64,000 nt of DNA from Hyalangium minutum (GTDB lineage Bacteria > Myxococcota > Myxococcia > Myxococcales > Myxococcaceae). Positions within the stretch are counted from its first letter, which is position 1; every line of letters begins with the position of its first letter. Under the pieces are notes generated by a model. The model saw nothing but the letters and a program-made list of their open reading frames with translations, searched no databases and was not told the origin of the DNA. This document shows, in pieces, positions 10,013 to 18,547 of the stretch. The DNA lies in NCBI RefSeq assembly GCF_000737315.1, contig NZ_JMCB01000001.1, positions 868,001 through 932,000 of the forward strand. Direction: 5' to 3'. Made by a program: the position numbers and the translations under genes.

Positions 10013-13000
10013 TCACGGAGCCTGGTACTCGATGCTCACGCCCTGCACACTCAGGGGACGGTTGGAGCCGTCACTCGTGAGGATGATGCGCAGCCGCAGG
10101 TCGCTCGCAGCCAGGTCGAACGACTGGAGCGGATCCCCCGGAGTAAAGGCCTTCCAGTTCGCGCCTCCATTGGAGCTCAGCTCATACGTGACACTGCCGC
10201 CCCGAGTGTCCTGAACCGTCGAGACGACGCGCGCCTTGGTAATGGTGCCCGAGACGTTGTCCAGCGTCCCGGTCTGTGCACGCACGGTGCTTGAGTTAGA
10301 GGACCCTGGGGTAAACGTGGGCGAGGTCGTGTCTCCCGCGTGCAAGCTCGTGGTGTCGATCCGGATACGCCCCGCACCACCGTAACCGCCAGATGTGGGG
10401 AGTCCTCCCTTCGCCGTCACACGGTCCTGGCCGATGTTCATGGTGGTGGCACGCAAGTAGACAGAGCCACCTGCTCCCCCGCCCGAGGCATCGACCCCCG
10501 TGCCGTCGGCCGAGATGCGTCCGCCCACGCCGAGGGTGTTCGCCCACACCACCACAATCCCACCGGCCGTCGTCGCCGCGTTGCTGCTGTATCTTCCTCC
10601 TGCGGACCCCATGAACCACTTGGTCAAGAGCGCATCCCCATAGGTAAAACCGACAGCAACGTTCTGGGTGCCTCTCGGCGTCCCCGCAGTGCCATAACTG
10701 CCGCCTGCCGAGTAGTAGCAAGAGCTGCCATTGCCACTGGCACTCCCTCCTCCATTGGCCGGAGTGCACACTGCGGACTGCGCACCGGGCCCTGAGTAGC
10801 TCTCCCCGACAGACCACGTGCCCGTATTGACCGCCGAGCGATACCCCGAGCCCGCCATGGTGATCTGGCCCGAGGGCAAGACGACCAGCGCGCCGCTCAC
10901 CTTGATGAAGAAGATCCCGCCCTGAGTTCCGTCCCAGGGGCTGGCCGTCAGCGTGCCGCTCACCGTGACGTTCCGATAATGGGGGATGCGCTGGACGATG
11001 ATCTTCTGCCCCGTCAAAGTCGCGTTGCTGTTCGTGGCCCCATACGTCTTGAGGATCGGACTCGTGAAGGTGAGCTGGTTCGTTCCGAAGTTGACGGACC
11101 TGACGGTGAAGATCTCGTAGGTGCCCACGTTGCCTGTGTCGCCTACGCCCGCCGAGACCGTGGCAGAGGGCGAGGGGAAGTTGCTGCCCCCCTGAAGGTT
11201 GATCAGCACCACCTCGTCCCCCACCGCCAAGCCGGCCGGGAAGTCCGCCAGGGTGAGCGCCGTGTTGTCCGTGGAGAAGGCCGTCACCCTGTAGGCCACG
11301 GCATCCGGGAAGGTGCGCGACGGGATCGCGGGATTGGGTTGGGTATTGATGTTGAACGTGCCCGAGGAGACATAGAGATCACCGTCCTCTCCGTTTCCGA
11401 GCCCCGCGACGAGAGGGAACGAAGCCTCCGCGCGCTCCACATCCCAGTTGGCGCTCGTGGTGGCCCCGTCCTTGGCTGTGGTCCGGGTGAAGTCCTCTCC
11501 CACCCAGAGGTTGGTCCCAGAGACCGCCAGCTGGAAGTTGGCGGTTCCCCTGCAGTTCGAGGCCGTCAGAGTTGTCGCGGTGGCCGTCGCGCTCTGCCCC
11601 GCGTTCGCGCCGGGCCCGCTCTTGACCAGGAAGTCGATCTTCCCGTTGATGCTCGCCACCTCGATCGTTCCCGAGGTCGAGGGGTTGAGATCCGCTGACA
11701 GCACTCCCCCGGTATTGTTCGACGCCGAGACCGTGAACAGCGTCCCATCCGGAACCGGTACGCCGTTGTTGTCGGTGATCGTGTCCGAGGTGATCAGCAG
11801 CGTCGAGTTGTTGTCCGCAGGCAGCGACGAACTGGACGCCCTCAGCGTGAACGGCTTGCACGCCGCGCCACCGCAAGCACCATTGCTGCACGTGGTCGTG
11901 CAGGACTGCAGGTAGTTGTACCCAGTCCCATCCGGCTTGCACTCCTCCACGTCCGTGCCGTTGCACCGCGTCCGGCCCGGCACGCAGATCACCGCACCTG
12001 ACGTCTGACAGGTTCCTGCCACGCACACCTTGCCCTGCGCCGCGCAGTCCACGGTCGTACTCCCTGTGCCCGTCGCGTTGCAGATGGCCGCCGTCGTGCT
12101 GTTGGAGCACGTCGCGCTGCCCGGCGCGCACACCACGTCCTGGCATGCGCCCGAGACACACGCCTTGTTCGTCCCACATCCCGTCCCCGAGTACCCCGTC
12201 CCCGCCGTGTTACACGTACCCAGCGTCGCGATGTCCAAGCACACCCGTGCCCCACTCGTGCACACCGACGGCTTGCACACGCCACTGGCCGGGTCGCACG
12301 CCGTGCCCGCGCCACAGCTCACCGCGTTGTAGCGGGTGCCGCTCGGATCGCACACCTCGCTGCCCGAGGTGCTCGCACAGCGGCTCGTCCCTGGCGTGCA
12401 GATGATGTTCGCGCAGGCGCTCCCCAGGCACGTCTGCCCCGAGGCGCACTGCGCATAGGTGTAGCCCGTGCCCCCCGAGTTACACGTGGCCAGCGTCAGC
12501 GCGTCCACGCACCGCTTGCTGTCCGGCGTGCACGAGTTGTTGCTGCTGCTGGGGACGCACACCCCTGCCTGGCAGTTCGACCCCGACTGGCAGGCCACGT
12601 CGATGTAGCCCGTGCCGTTGGGAGCACACACCTGGCTCGTCGCCGTGTCCTTGCACCGAGTGCTCAGCGGCGCGCAGATGAGCGCCTTGCACGTACCTCC
12701 CGAGCAGGCCTCGTTCACGGCGCACGCCGCCGGTGCGAACTCCGTCCCCGCCGCGTTGCACACCCCCGCCGTGGTGGAGTCGAGGCACCGCGTCTGCCCC
12801 GGCGTACACACCGTGGGCACACAGCGCCCGCTCACGCACGCCTCCGTGCTGGAGCAGGGCGCCGCCGTTAGCGCCGTCCCCGTGGAGTTGCAGATCTCGT
12901 GCGCTCCGCTCACCGGGCTGCACCGCTCCGAGAAGGGCACGCAGATCGGCGCCTTGCACGCCTTGGAGGACGAGTCACACCCCGCGGAGCAGAACTGCAG

Positions 13001-13531
13001 GAAGGCCCAGGCGCTCCCCGTCGGAGTGCAGGCCTCGATCGACTCGTTGTTGCACCGCTTCTCCCCGGGTGTGCAGACGGAAGCCCCCGAGGTGGAACAG
13101 GTGCCACTGGCACAGCCGATATCGCACGTCTGCACCACCTGGTACCCGGTGCCGTCCGGCGTACAGGCCTCCACCGTCTTGTTGTCCGCCCGGCACCGCG
13201 TGGTGTTGGGCGTACAGGCCTGGGCCAAGCAGGCTCCGTTGCTACATGCCCCCGCGCATTTCTCCTTGAACTCGTAGCTCCGCCCGTCTGTCCCGCAGAG
13301 CTCCACGTCGCCCCCGTTACAGCGCGTCTTCCCCGGGACGCAGGCCTGCTCGCTGCCTAGCGCTGCGCACTTCTTGTCCATGCACAGCAGCGACTGGCCA
13401 CAGTCCGCGTTGTAGGTGCACGCTCCGCCTGGCTGCACGGAGCCCGGCTCCGGAGCGCTCGCTCCGCAGCCCAGCATCCACAAGCACATCCACACTCCCG
13501 TGACGGCACTCCATCTCTGACAACTGGTCAT
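10013..13531 (-). CDS. Large lipoprotein: tandem 6-Cys repeats, Ig-like (invasin/Big_1-like) domain, Gly-rich AgmC-like adhesin domain
   Basis: GGAGGG upstream of ATG 13531; signal peptide ending MLGC; 11 repeats of CxPGxxRC...C...G...C...C...GxC; then TLRASSSSLPADNNST...VPDGTLFTVS; then VGDEVVLINLQ...QRIPHY...WDGTQGG and GGAGGS motifs. Confidence 0.8.
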   Translation of the reverse strand: MTSCQRWSAVTGVWMCLWMLGCGASAPEPGSVQPGGACTYNADCGQSLLCMDKKCAALGSEQACVPGKTRCNGGDVELCGTDGRSYEFKEKCAGACSNGACLAQACTPNTTRCRADNKTVEACTPDGTGYQVVQTCDIGCASGTCSTSGASVCTPGEKRCNNESIEACTPTGSAWAFLQFCSAGCDSSSKACKAPICVPFSERCSPVSGAHEICNSTGTALTAAPCSSTEACVSGRCVPTVCTPGQTRCLDSTTAGVCNAAGTEFAPAACAVNEACSGGTCKALICAPLSTRCKDTATSQVCAPNGTGYIDVACQSGSNCQAGVCVPSSSNNSCTPDSKRCVDALTLATCNSGGTGYTYAQCASGQTCLGSACANIICTPGTSRCASTSGSEVCDPSGTRYNAVSCGAGTACDPASGVCKPSVCTSGARVCLDIATLGTCNTAGTGYSGTGCGTNKACVSGACQDVVCAPGSATCSNSTTAAICNATGTGSTTVDCAAQGKVCVAGTCQTSGAVICVPGRTRCNGTDVEECKPDGTGYNYLQSCTTTCSNGACGGAACKPFTLRASSSSLPADNNSTLLITSDTITDNNGVPVPDGTLFTVSASNNTGGVLSADLNPSTSGTIEVASINGKIDFLVKSGPGANAGQSATATATTLTASNCRGTANFQLAVSGTNLWVGEDFTRTTAKDGATTSANWDVERAEASFPLVAGLGNGEDGDLYVSSGTFNINTQPNPAIPSRTFPDAVAYRVTAFSTDNTALTLADFPAGLAVGDEVVLINLQGGSNFPSPSATVSAGVGDTGNVGTYEIFTVRSVNFGTNQLTFTSPILKTYGATNSNATLTGQKIIVQRIPHYRNVTVSGTLTASPWDGTQGGIFFIKVSGALVVLPSGQITMAGSGYRSAVNTGTWSVGESYSGPGAQSAVCTPANGGGSASGNGSSCYYSAGGSYGTAGTPRGTQNVAVGFTYGDALLTKWFMGSAGGRYSSNAATTAGGIVVVWANTLGVGGRISADGTGVDASGGGAGGSVYLRATTMNIGQDRVTAKGGLPTSGGYGGAGRIRIDTTSLHAGDTTSPTFTPGSSNSSTVRAQTGTLDNVSGTITKARVVSTVQDTRGGSVTYELSSNGGANWKAFTPGDPLQSFDLAASDLRLRIILTSDGSNRPLSVQGVSIEYQAP
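11880..13410 (-). repeat. Tandem ~44-aa six-cysteine repeats (11 copies) inside the lipoprotein
   Basis: For example CVPGKTRC..LC..C..C..C, CTPNTTRC.., CTPGEKRC.., CTPGQTRC.., CVPGRTRC..; boundaries approximate. Confidence 0.85.
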
Positions 13532-13699
13532 TCGACCCTCCATGACCGGCGAGGGTGCCGAGAGATAGGCAGTGAACGCTGTACCACCAGGGCAGTATGG
13601 CGCGTGGAGTTCGCTCTCCCATCGCACGAGGCGCCGCTACACGGTATGAGGGGGCGCTCGCCCCACGCCCCCGTGGGGTCCCATCGGAGATCGCATCCC

Positions 13700-14662
13700 G
13701 TGGAACCCTCGCCCAGTCCTGCCGCCTCCTCCCCTCCCCTCGCCATCGAGGTGAAGGGGCTCGTCAAACGCTTCGAGGACGTCACCGCCATCGCTGGCAC
13801 CCACTTCGAGGTTCCCGTGGGCCAGTGCGTGGGCCTGCTCGGCCCCAACGGCGCCGGGAAGACGACCACCGTCGAGATCCTCGAGGGCCTTCAGCACCCC
13901 ACGTCGGGCGAGGTCCGGCTCCTGGGCCTGCGCTGGGACAAGGACGAAGCTGAACTCCGGGAGCGCATCGGCATCGCCCTCCAGGAGACGCGCTTCCATG
14001 ACCGGCTCTCCGTCGAGGAGACCGTGCGCCTCTTCCGCTCCTTCTACCGGAAGGGCCTGTCCGTCGAGGAGGCCATCGGCCTCGTCAAGCTGGAGGAGAA
14101 GCGCAATGCCCAGGTGGTGAAGCTCTCCGGCGGCCAGCGGCAGCGGCTGGCGCTCGCGGTGGCGCTCGCCGCAGACCCGGAGATCCTCTTCCTCGACGAG
14201 CCCACCACCGGCCTGGACCCCCAGTCGCGGCGCGCCCTCTGGGACGTCATCACCGGCCTCAAGGGCAAGGGCCGCACCGTCGTCCTCACCACCCATTATA
14301 TGGAGGAGGCCCAGGTGCTCTGCGACCAGGTGATCATCATGGATCACGGCCGCATCGTCGCCCGAGGCACTCCGGCCCAGCTCATCGCCTCCATTGGCGG
14401 CGAGCAGGTGATCGATTTCTCCACCACCCCCACCCTCCCCGCCGAGGCCTTCGCCGAGGTCCCCACGCTCGTGGCCACGCACTCCCGCGGCGACGGCTAC
14501 ACCCTCTCCGTCAAGGAGCTGCACCGCGCCCTGCCGGGGCTCCTCTCGCTGGTGTCCGCGCGCGGCGCCCACCTCGTCCACCTGTCCACCCGCCAGGCCA
14601 CGCTCGATGACGTGTTCCTGGCCTCCACCGGCCGCAGCCTGCGCGAGGACGCTCAGTCATGA
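13700..14662 (+). CDS. ABC-2 type exporter ATP-binding subunit
   Basis: GPNGAGKTT, LSGGQRQR, LFLDEPTTGLD, TTHYMEEA; GTG start with GGAGA upstream. Confidence 0.95.
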   Translation: MEPSPSPAASSPPLAIEVKGLVKRFEDVTAIAGTHFEVPVGQCVGLLGPNGAGKTTTVEILEGLQHPTSGEVRLLGLRWDKDEAELRERIGIALQETRFHDRLSVEETVRLFRSFYRKGLSVEEAIGLVKLEEKRNAQVVKLSGGQRQRLALAVALAADPEILFLDEPTTGLDPQSRRALWDVITGLKGKGRTVVLTTHYMEEAQVLCDQVIIMDHGRIVARGTPAQLIASIGGEQVIDFSTTPTLPAEAFAEVPTLVATHSRGDGYTLSVKELHRALPGLLSLVSARGAHLVHLSTRQATLDDVFLASTGRSLREDAQS

Positions 14663-15693
14663 ACTCGAACCACCCGTTGGGGCAGCTCGTGCTGTTCCGG
14701 ATGCGCGGGTTCCTGCGCGAGCCCGCCGCCCTCTTCTGGGTCTTCGTCTTCCCGCTGCTCACCGCCCTGGCGCTCGGGGTGGCCTTCCGCAACCGCGCCC
14801 TGCCCGAGCTGGCTGTGGCCGTCGTGGACAGCCCCGAGGCCGAGCAGCTCGTCCCCACCCTGGACGCTGTGGACGGGCTCACCGCCCAGCAGATGACCGA
14901 GGCCGCCGGCCGCGACGCCCTGCGCCGGGGCAAGGTGTCCCTGGTGCTCATCCCTGGCGCGAAGCCCGAGCTCATCGTGGATCCCGCCCAGGCCGAGGGC
15001 CGCACCGCGCGGCTCATGGTGGTGGACACGCTGGAGCGGCTCCAGGGCCGCGTGGACCACGTGGCGTTGCAGCGCACCGAGGTGACGGCGCCGGGCTCGC
15101 GCTACATCGACTTCCTCATCCCCGGCCTGCTGGGCTTTGGGATCATGTCCTCCAGCCTGTGGGGGCTGGGCTGGGCGCTGGTGCAGATGCGCACCGGCAA
15201 GCTGCTCAAGCGCCTGGTGGCCACGCCCATGAAGCGCGGCCACTTCCTGCTCTCCTTCATGATCGGCCGCAGCATGCTCGCCGTGGTGGAGATCCTCTTC
15301 TTCGTCGCCTTTGCCCGGCTGCTCTTCGACGTGCGCATGTTCGGCAGCCTGCTCTCCTTCACCCTCCTGGGGCTGTGGGGCTCCACGGCCTTCGGGGGGC
15401 TGGCGCTGCTCGTCGTCTGCCGGGCCAACAACGCGGAGACGGCCAGCGGGCTCATGAACCTCGTCAGCATGCCGATGACCGTGCTCTCGGGCGTGTTCTT
15501 CGCCTCCACCAACTTCCCGGACTGGCTCCAGCCCGTCATCCAGTTCCTGCCGCTCACCGCCCTGAACGACGGCCTGCGCAGCATCATGCTGGATGGCACG
15601 CCCCTGCTCGCCCTCTGGCCCCAGGTGCTGATACTGGGGGTTTGGGGCCTGATTCCCTTCTTCATCGCATTGCGTTACTTCAAGTGGATGTAG
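14659..15693 (+). CDS. ABC-2 type exporter permease
   Basis: REPAALFWVFVFP, YIDFLIPG, LKRLVATPM, FLPLTALNDGLR; overlaps the ATPase stop. Confidence 0.94.
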   Translation: MNSNHPLGQLVLFRMRGFLREPAALFWVFVFPLLTALALGVAFRNRALPELAVAVVDSPEAEQLVPTLDAVDGLTAQQMTEAAGRDALRRGKVSLVLIPGAKPELIVDPAQAEGRTARLMVVDTLERLQGRVDHVALQRTEVTAPGSRYIDFLIPGLLGFGIMSSSLWGLGWALVQMRTGKLLKRLVATPMKRGHFLLSFMIGRSMLAVVEILFFVAFARLLFDVRMFGSLLSFTLLGLWGSTAFGGLALLVVCRANNAETASGLMNLVSMPMTVLSGVFFASTNFPDWLQPVIQFLPLTALNDGLRSIMLDGTPLLALWPQVLILGVWGLIPFFIALRYFKWM

Positions 15694-15730
15694 CGCGGTC
15701 CTGGGGAGGGTAAGGTCCGCGCCCCTGGAG

Positions 15731-17335
15731 GTGACATCCGTGAACGCCGTGCGCCGCCCTCTCCCCCGCTGGCCGTCGCTGGTGCTGGCCCTCGCGCTCG
15801 CGCTGGGCTGCAGCCCCTTAGCGCAGAAACAGGCCACGCCGGAGACCGTCCGCATCAACCTGCTCCACCTCAACGACGTGTACCAGTTCACCCCGCTGGA
15901 GCAGGGGCGCGTCGGAGGTATTGCCCGCGTCGCCACGCTGCGCAAGAGGCTCCTCGCCGAGGCCCCTCACACGCTGACGCTCTTCGCCGGCGACACGCTC
16001 GCCCCCTCCGTGGAGTCCATCAGCGAGGTGGGCGGCAAGCCGCTCCAAGGCCAGCAGATGATTGATGCCTGGAACGCGCTCGGGGTGGACTACGCGGTGC
16101 CGGGCAACCACGACTTCGACTTCGGGGACGCCGTGCTGCGCGAGCGCATCAAGGCCTCGCGTTTCCCGTGGCTCGCCGCGAACATCTTCGACAACGACAC
16201 CGGAAAGCCCTTCGAGGGTCTCCACCCCTACCAGCTCATCCAGCTCAGCGGCGTGAAGGTGGGCTTGTTCGGCCTGCTGGTTCCCGAGACGGAGGTGACC
16301 TCCAGCGTTTCGGAGCACACGAACATCCGGGACGTCTGCTCCACGGCGAAGCCCATCGTCTCGCGGCTGCGCAAGGAGGGCGCCACCGTCATCATCGCGC
16401 TCACCCACCTGGACGTGCAGCAGGACCGGGAGCTGGCCCAGTGCGCTCCCGTGGACGTCATCATCGGCGGGCACGAGCACGAGCGCATCGAGGACCGCTC
16501 CACCGGCGTTCCCATCTTCAAGGTGGCGGCAGATGCCGTGGAGCTGGGCCAGGTCACCCTGGATGTGGACACCAAGACGGGCAAGGTGCGCCAGCTGGAC
16601 TGGAAGGTGCACCCCATCACCCCGGAGCTGCCCGAGGATCCCTCCTTCCTCGCGGCGATGACGAAGTACGCCCCCCTCATCGCCGAGCTGTCCCAGCCCG
16701 TGGGCAAGACGCCCGTGCCGCTCGATGCGCGAAAGCTGGTGGTGCGCAGCCAGGAGACGAACCTGGGCTCGCTCGTGGCCGATGCGCTGCGCCAAGCCGC
16801 AGGCACCGATGTGGCGCTCGTCAACGGTGGTGCCATCCGCGGTGACACCCGCTTCAGCGCCGGAGTGCTCACCCGGCGCGAGATGCTCTCCATCTTCCCG
16901 TACCGTGATCAGCTCGTGCGGTTGCAGGTGACGGGCGCCATCCTCCAGGCCGCGCTGGAGAACGCCGTCAGCAAGAGCGCCGAGGACCCCGAGCCCGGCC
17001 GCTTCCTCCAAGTCTCCGGCCTGCGCTTCGCGTTCGATCCAAGCCGGCCCAAGGGCCAGCGCGTCCTGTGCGTCACGGTGGGGGGCAAGCCCCTGTCCCC
17101 AACGGCGACATACAGCCTGGCGACATTCAGCTTCCTCGCGAGTGGCAAGGACGGCTACGAGATGTTCAAGGGACTCCCGGCCACCCCGGCCCTACAGGAG
17201 GGCCGCACCCCGAGAGACGTCCTGAGCGACGCGCTCCGCACCGGCAAGCCGCCTCCCATGCAACAGGGAGATGGGCGCATCCAGCGCGCCAGCGCCTCGG
17301 CTGGAGCGTGCACGACGGGCCCGAACTCCCTGTAA
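15731..17335 (+). CDS. Bifunctional metallophosphatase/5'-nucleotidase lipoprotein
   Basis: LHLNDVY, FAGD, PGNHDFD, GGHEH, NGGAIRG, FLQVSG; lipobox LALGC. Confidence 0.95.
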   Translation: MTSVNAVRRPLPRWPSLVLALALALGCSPLAQKQATPETVRINLLHLNDVYQFTPLEQGRVGGIARVATLRKRLLAEAPHTLTLFAGDTLAPSVESISEVGGKPLQGQQMIDAWNALGVDYAVPGNHDFDFGDAVLRERIKASRFPWLAANIFDNDTGKPFEGLHPYQLIQLSGVKVGLFGLLVPETEVTSSVSEHTNIRDVCSTAKPIVSRLRKEGATVIIALTHLDVQQDRELAQCAPVDVIIGGHEHERIEDRSTGVPIFKVAADAVELGQVTLDVDTKTGKVRQLDWKVHPITPELPEDPSFLAAMTKYAPLIAELSQPVGKTPVPLDARKLVVRSQETNLGSLVADALRQAAGTDVALVNGGAIRGDTRFSAGVLTRREMLSIFPYRDQLVRLQVTGAILQAALENAVSKSAEDPEPGRFLQVSGLRFAFDPSRPKGQRVLCVTVGGKPLSPTATYSLATFSFLASGKDGYEMFKGLPATPALQEGRTPRDVLSDALRTGKPPPMQQGDGRIQRASASAGACTTGPNSL

Positions 17336-17489
17336 GGGGTTTTCCCACCGAGCCAGCGAGCAGTCAGGCCCTCACGGAGCTCGTTCGGGTGCGCGGGCCC
17401 TGCGCATCGGGACATCAGGACGATGCCTTCGCGTCGCGGCATGCCTACCTCCCGGAGGTGTGCCTCGAAACGCTCATGAGGAGGCGGTC

Positions 17490-17741
17490 ATGGCTCAGTG
17501 CGAAGTGTGCGGTAACGAGTACTACCTCGCGTTCCAGGTCGTCACGGCCGGCGTCACTCACACCTTCGATTGCTTCGAGTGCGCCATTCACAAGCTCGCC
17601 CCCATCTGCGACCACTGCAACTGCAAGATCCTGGGCCACGGTGTCGAGGCGCAGGGAACGTTCTTCTGCTGCGCCCACTGCGCCCACGCCAGCGGCTCCC
17701 ACCAGATCGTGGACAACGCGGAGCACGCGCAGCTGAGCTAG
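17490..17741 (+). CDS. Small Cys/His-rich metal-binding protein (prokaryotic metallothionein-like)
   Basis: 83 aa with 10 Cys and 8 His (CEVC, CFEC, CDHCNC, CCAHC); GAGGAGG upstream of ATG 17490. Confidence 0.85.
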   Translation: MAQCEVCGNEYYLAFQVVTAGVTHTFDCFECAIHKLAPICDHCNCKILGHGVEAQGTFFCCAHCAHASGSHQIVDNAEHAQLS

Positions 17742-18511
17742 GGCGCCGTCCAGCCGCGCATCCGGTACACCATCCGGCCCGCCAGCTCTCGGAGCGCGTC
17801 CGAGCTCGCGCTCAGGTGATAGCCCCGAGGCAGCCAGCTCGGCGACCGCTTGCCCGGGGGTGACCGCACATCCGCCAGGAACGTGTCCGTCCGGATCCCT
17901 ACCGCCGCGTAGCACCCGTATGCCCGGGGCATGTGCGCCGCGCTCGTCACCAGCAGGAGCGTTTTCCATCCCTGCTGCCGGATGATCTTCTCCGACTCCA
18001 CCGCGTTCTCCCGCGTGTTGCGGCTGCGGCCCTCCGTGAAGATGCGCCCGGGCTCGATGCCCCACATCTGCAACTGGCGCGAGAGCACATCCGCCTCGAT
18101 GGGCGCCTCCGGCCGTGGATCCAGTGAGCCTCCGGAGATGAGGATGTTGCGCGCGTGGCCCTCGCGCAGCAGCTCGTAGCCTCGCAGGATGCGATCCCCC
18201 GCCGCGTTGTACTCCGCCCGGCCCGAGGTCTCGGTCGCGTCCGGATCCAGGCCGCCGCCCAGCACGATGACCGCGTCGTAGACCACGTCGGGCCGGTACG
18301 TCGCCTCCACCCCGGACTCGGTCCACCGCATGAGCACTGCGGCCACGGGCTCGATGGAGAAGACGTAGAGCACTGCGAGCCCGAAGAGCTGAAGCCCGAG
18401 AGCCAACCGAGCCCGGCGCCGCCGCAGGAGGATCCCCGCGAGGATGAACAGCATCGCCCACGTGAGCGGACCGAGGAACAAATCCAGGATCTTGGAGAGG
18501 AAGAGGAACAT
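17738..18511 (-). CDS. YdcF/ElyC/SanA (DUF218) family membrane protein
   Basis: IVLGGG, ISGG, EGRSRNTRENA, LLVTSAAHMPRA. Confidence 0.93.
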   Translation of the reverse strand: MFLFLSKILDLFLGPLTWAMLFILAGILLRRRRARLALGLQLFGLAVLYVFSIEPVAAVLMRWTESGVEATYRPDVVYDAVIVLGGGLDPDATETSGRAEYNAAGDRILRGYELLREGHARNILISGGSLDPRPEAPIEADVLSRQLQMWGIEPGRIFTEGRSRNTRENAVESEKIIRQQGWKTLLLVTSAAHMPRAYGCYAAVGIRTDTFLADVRSPPGKRSPSWLPRGYHLSASSDALRELAGRMVYRMRGWTAP

Positions 18512-18547
18512 ACGGACACCGAAGCCCCAGAGGCGGTGGCTCGAGCG

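Noticed and set aside
11880-13410. Possible CRISPR or DNA tandem array
   Set aside because: The repeats are conserved at protein level (Cys spacing) with divergent DNA, inside an open frame; no identical repeats with unique spacers.
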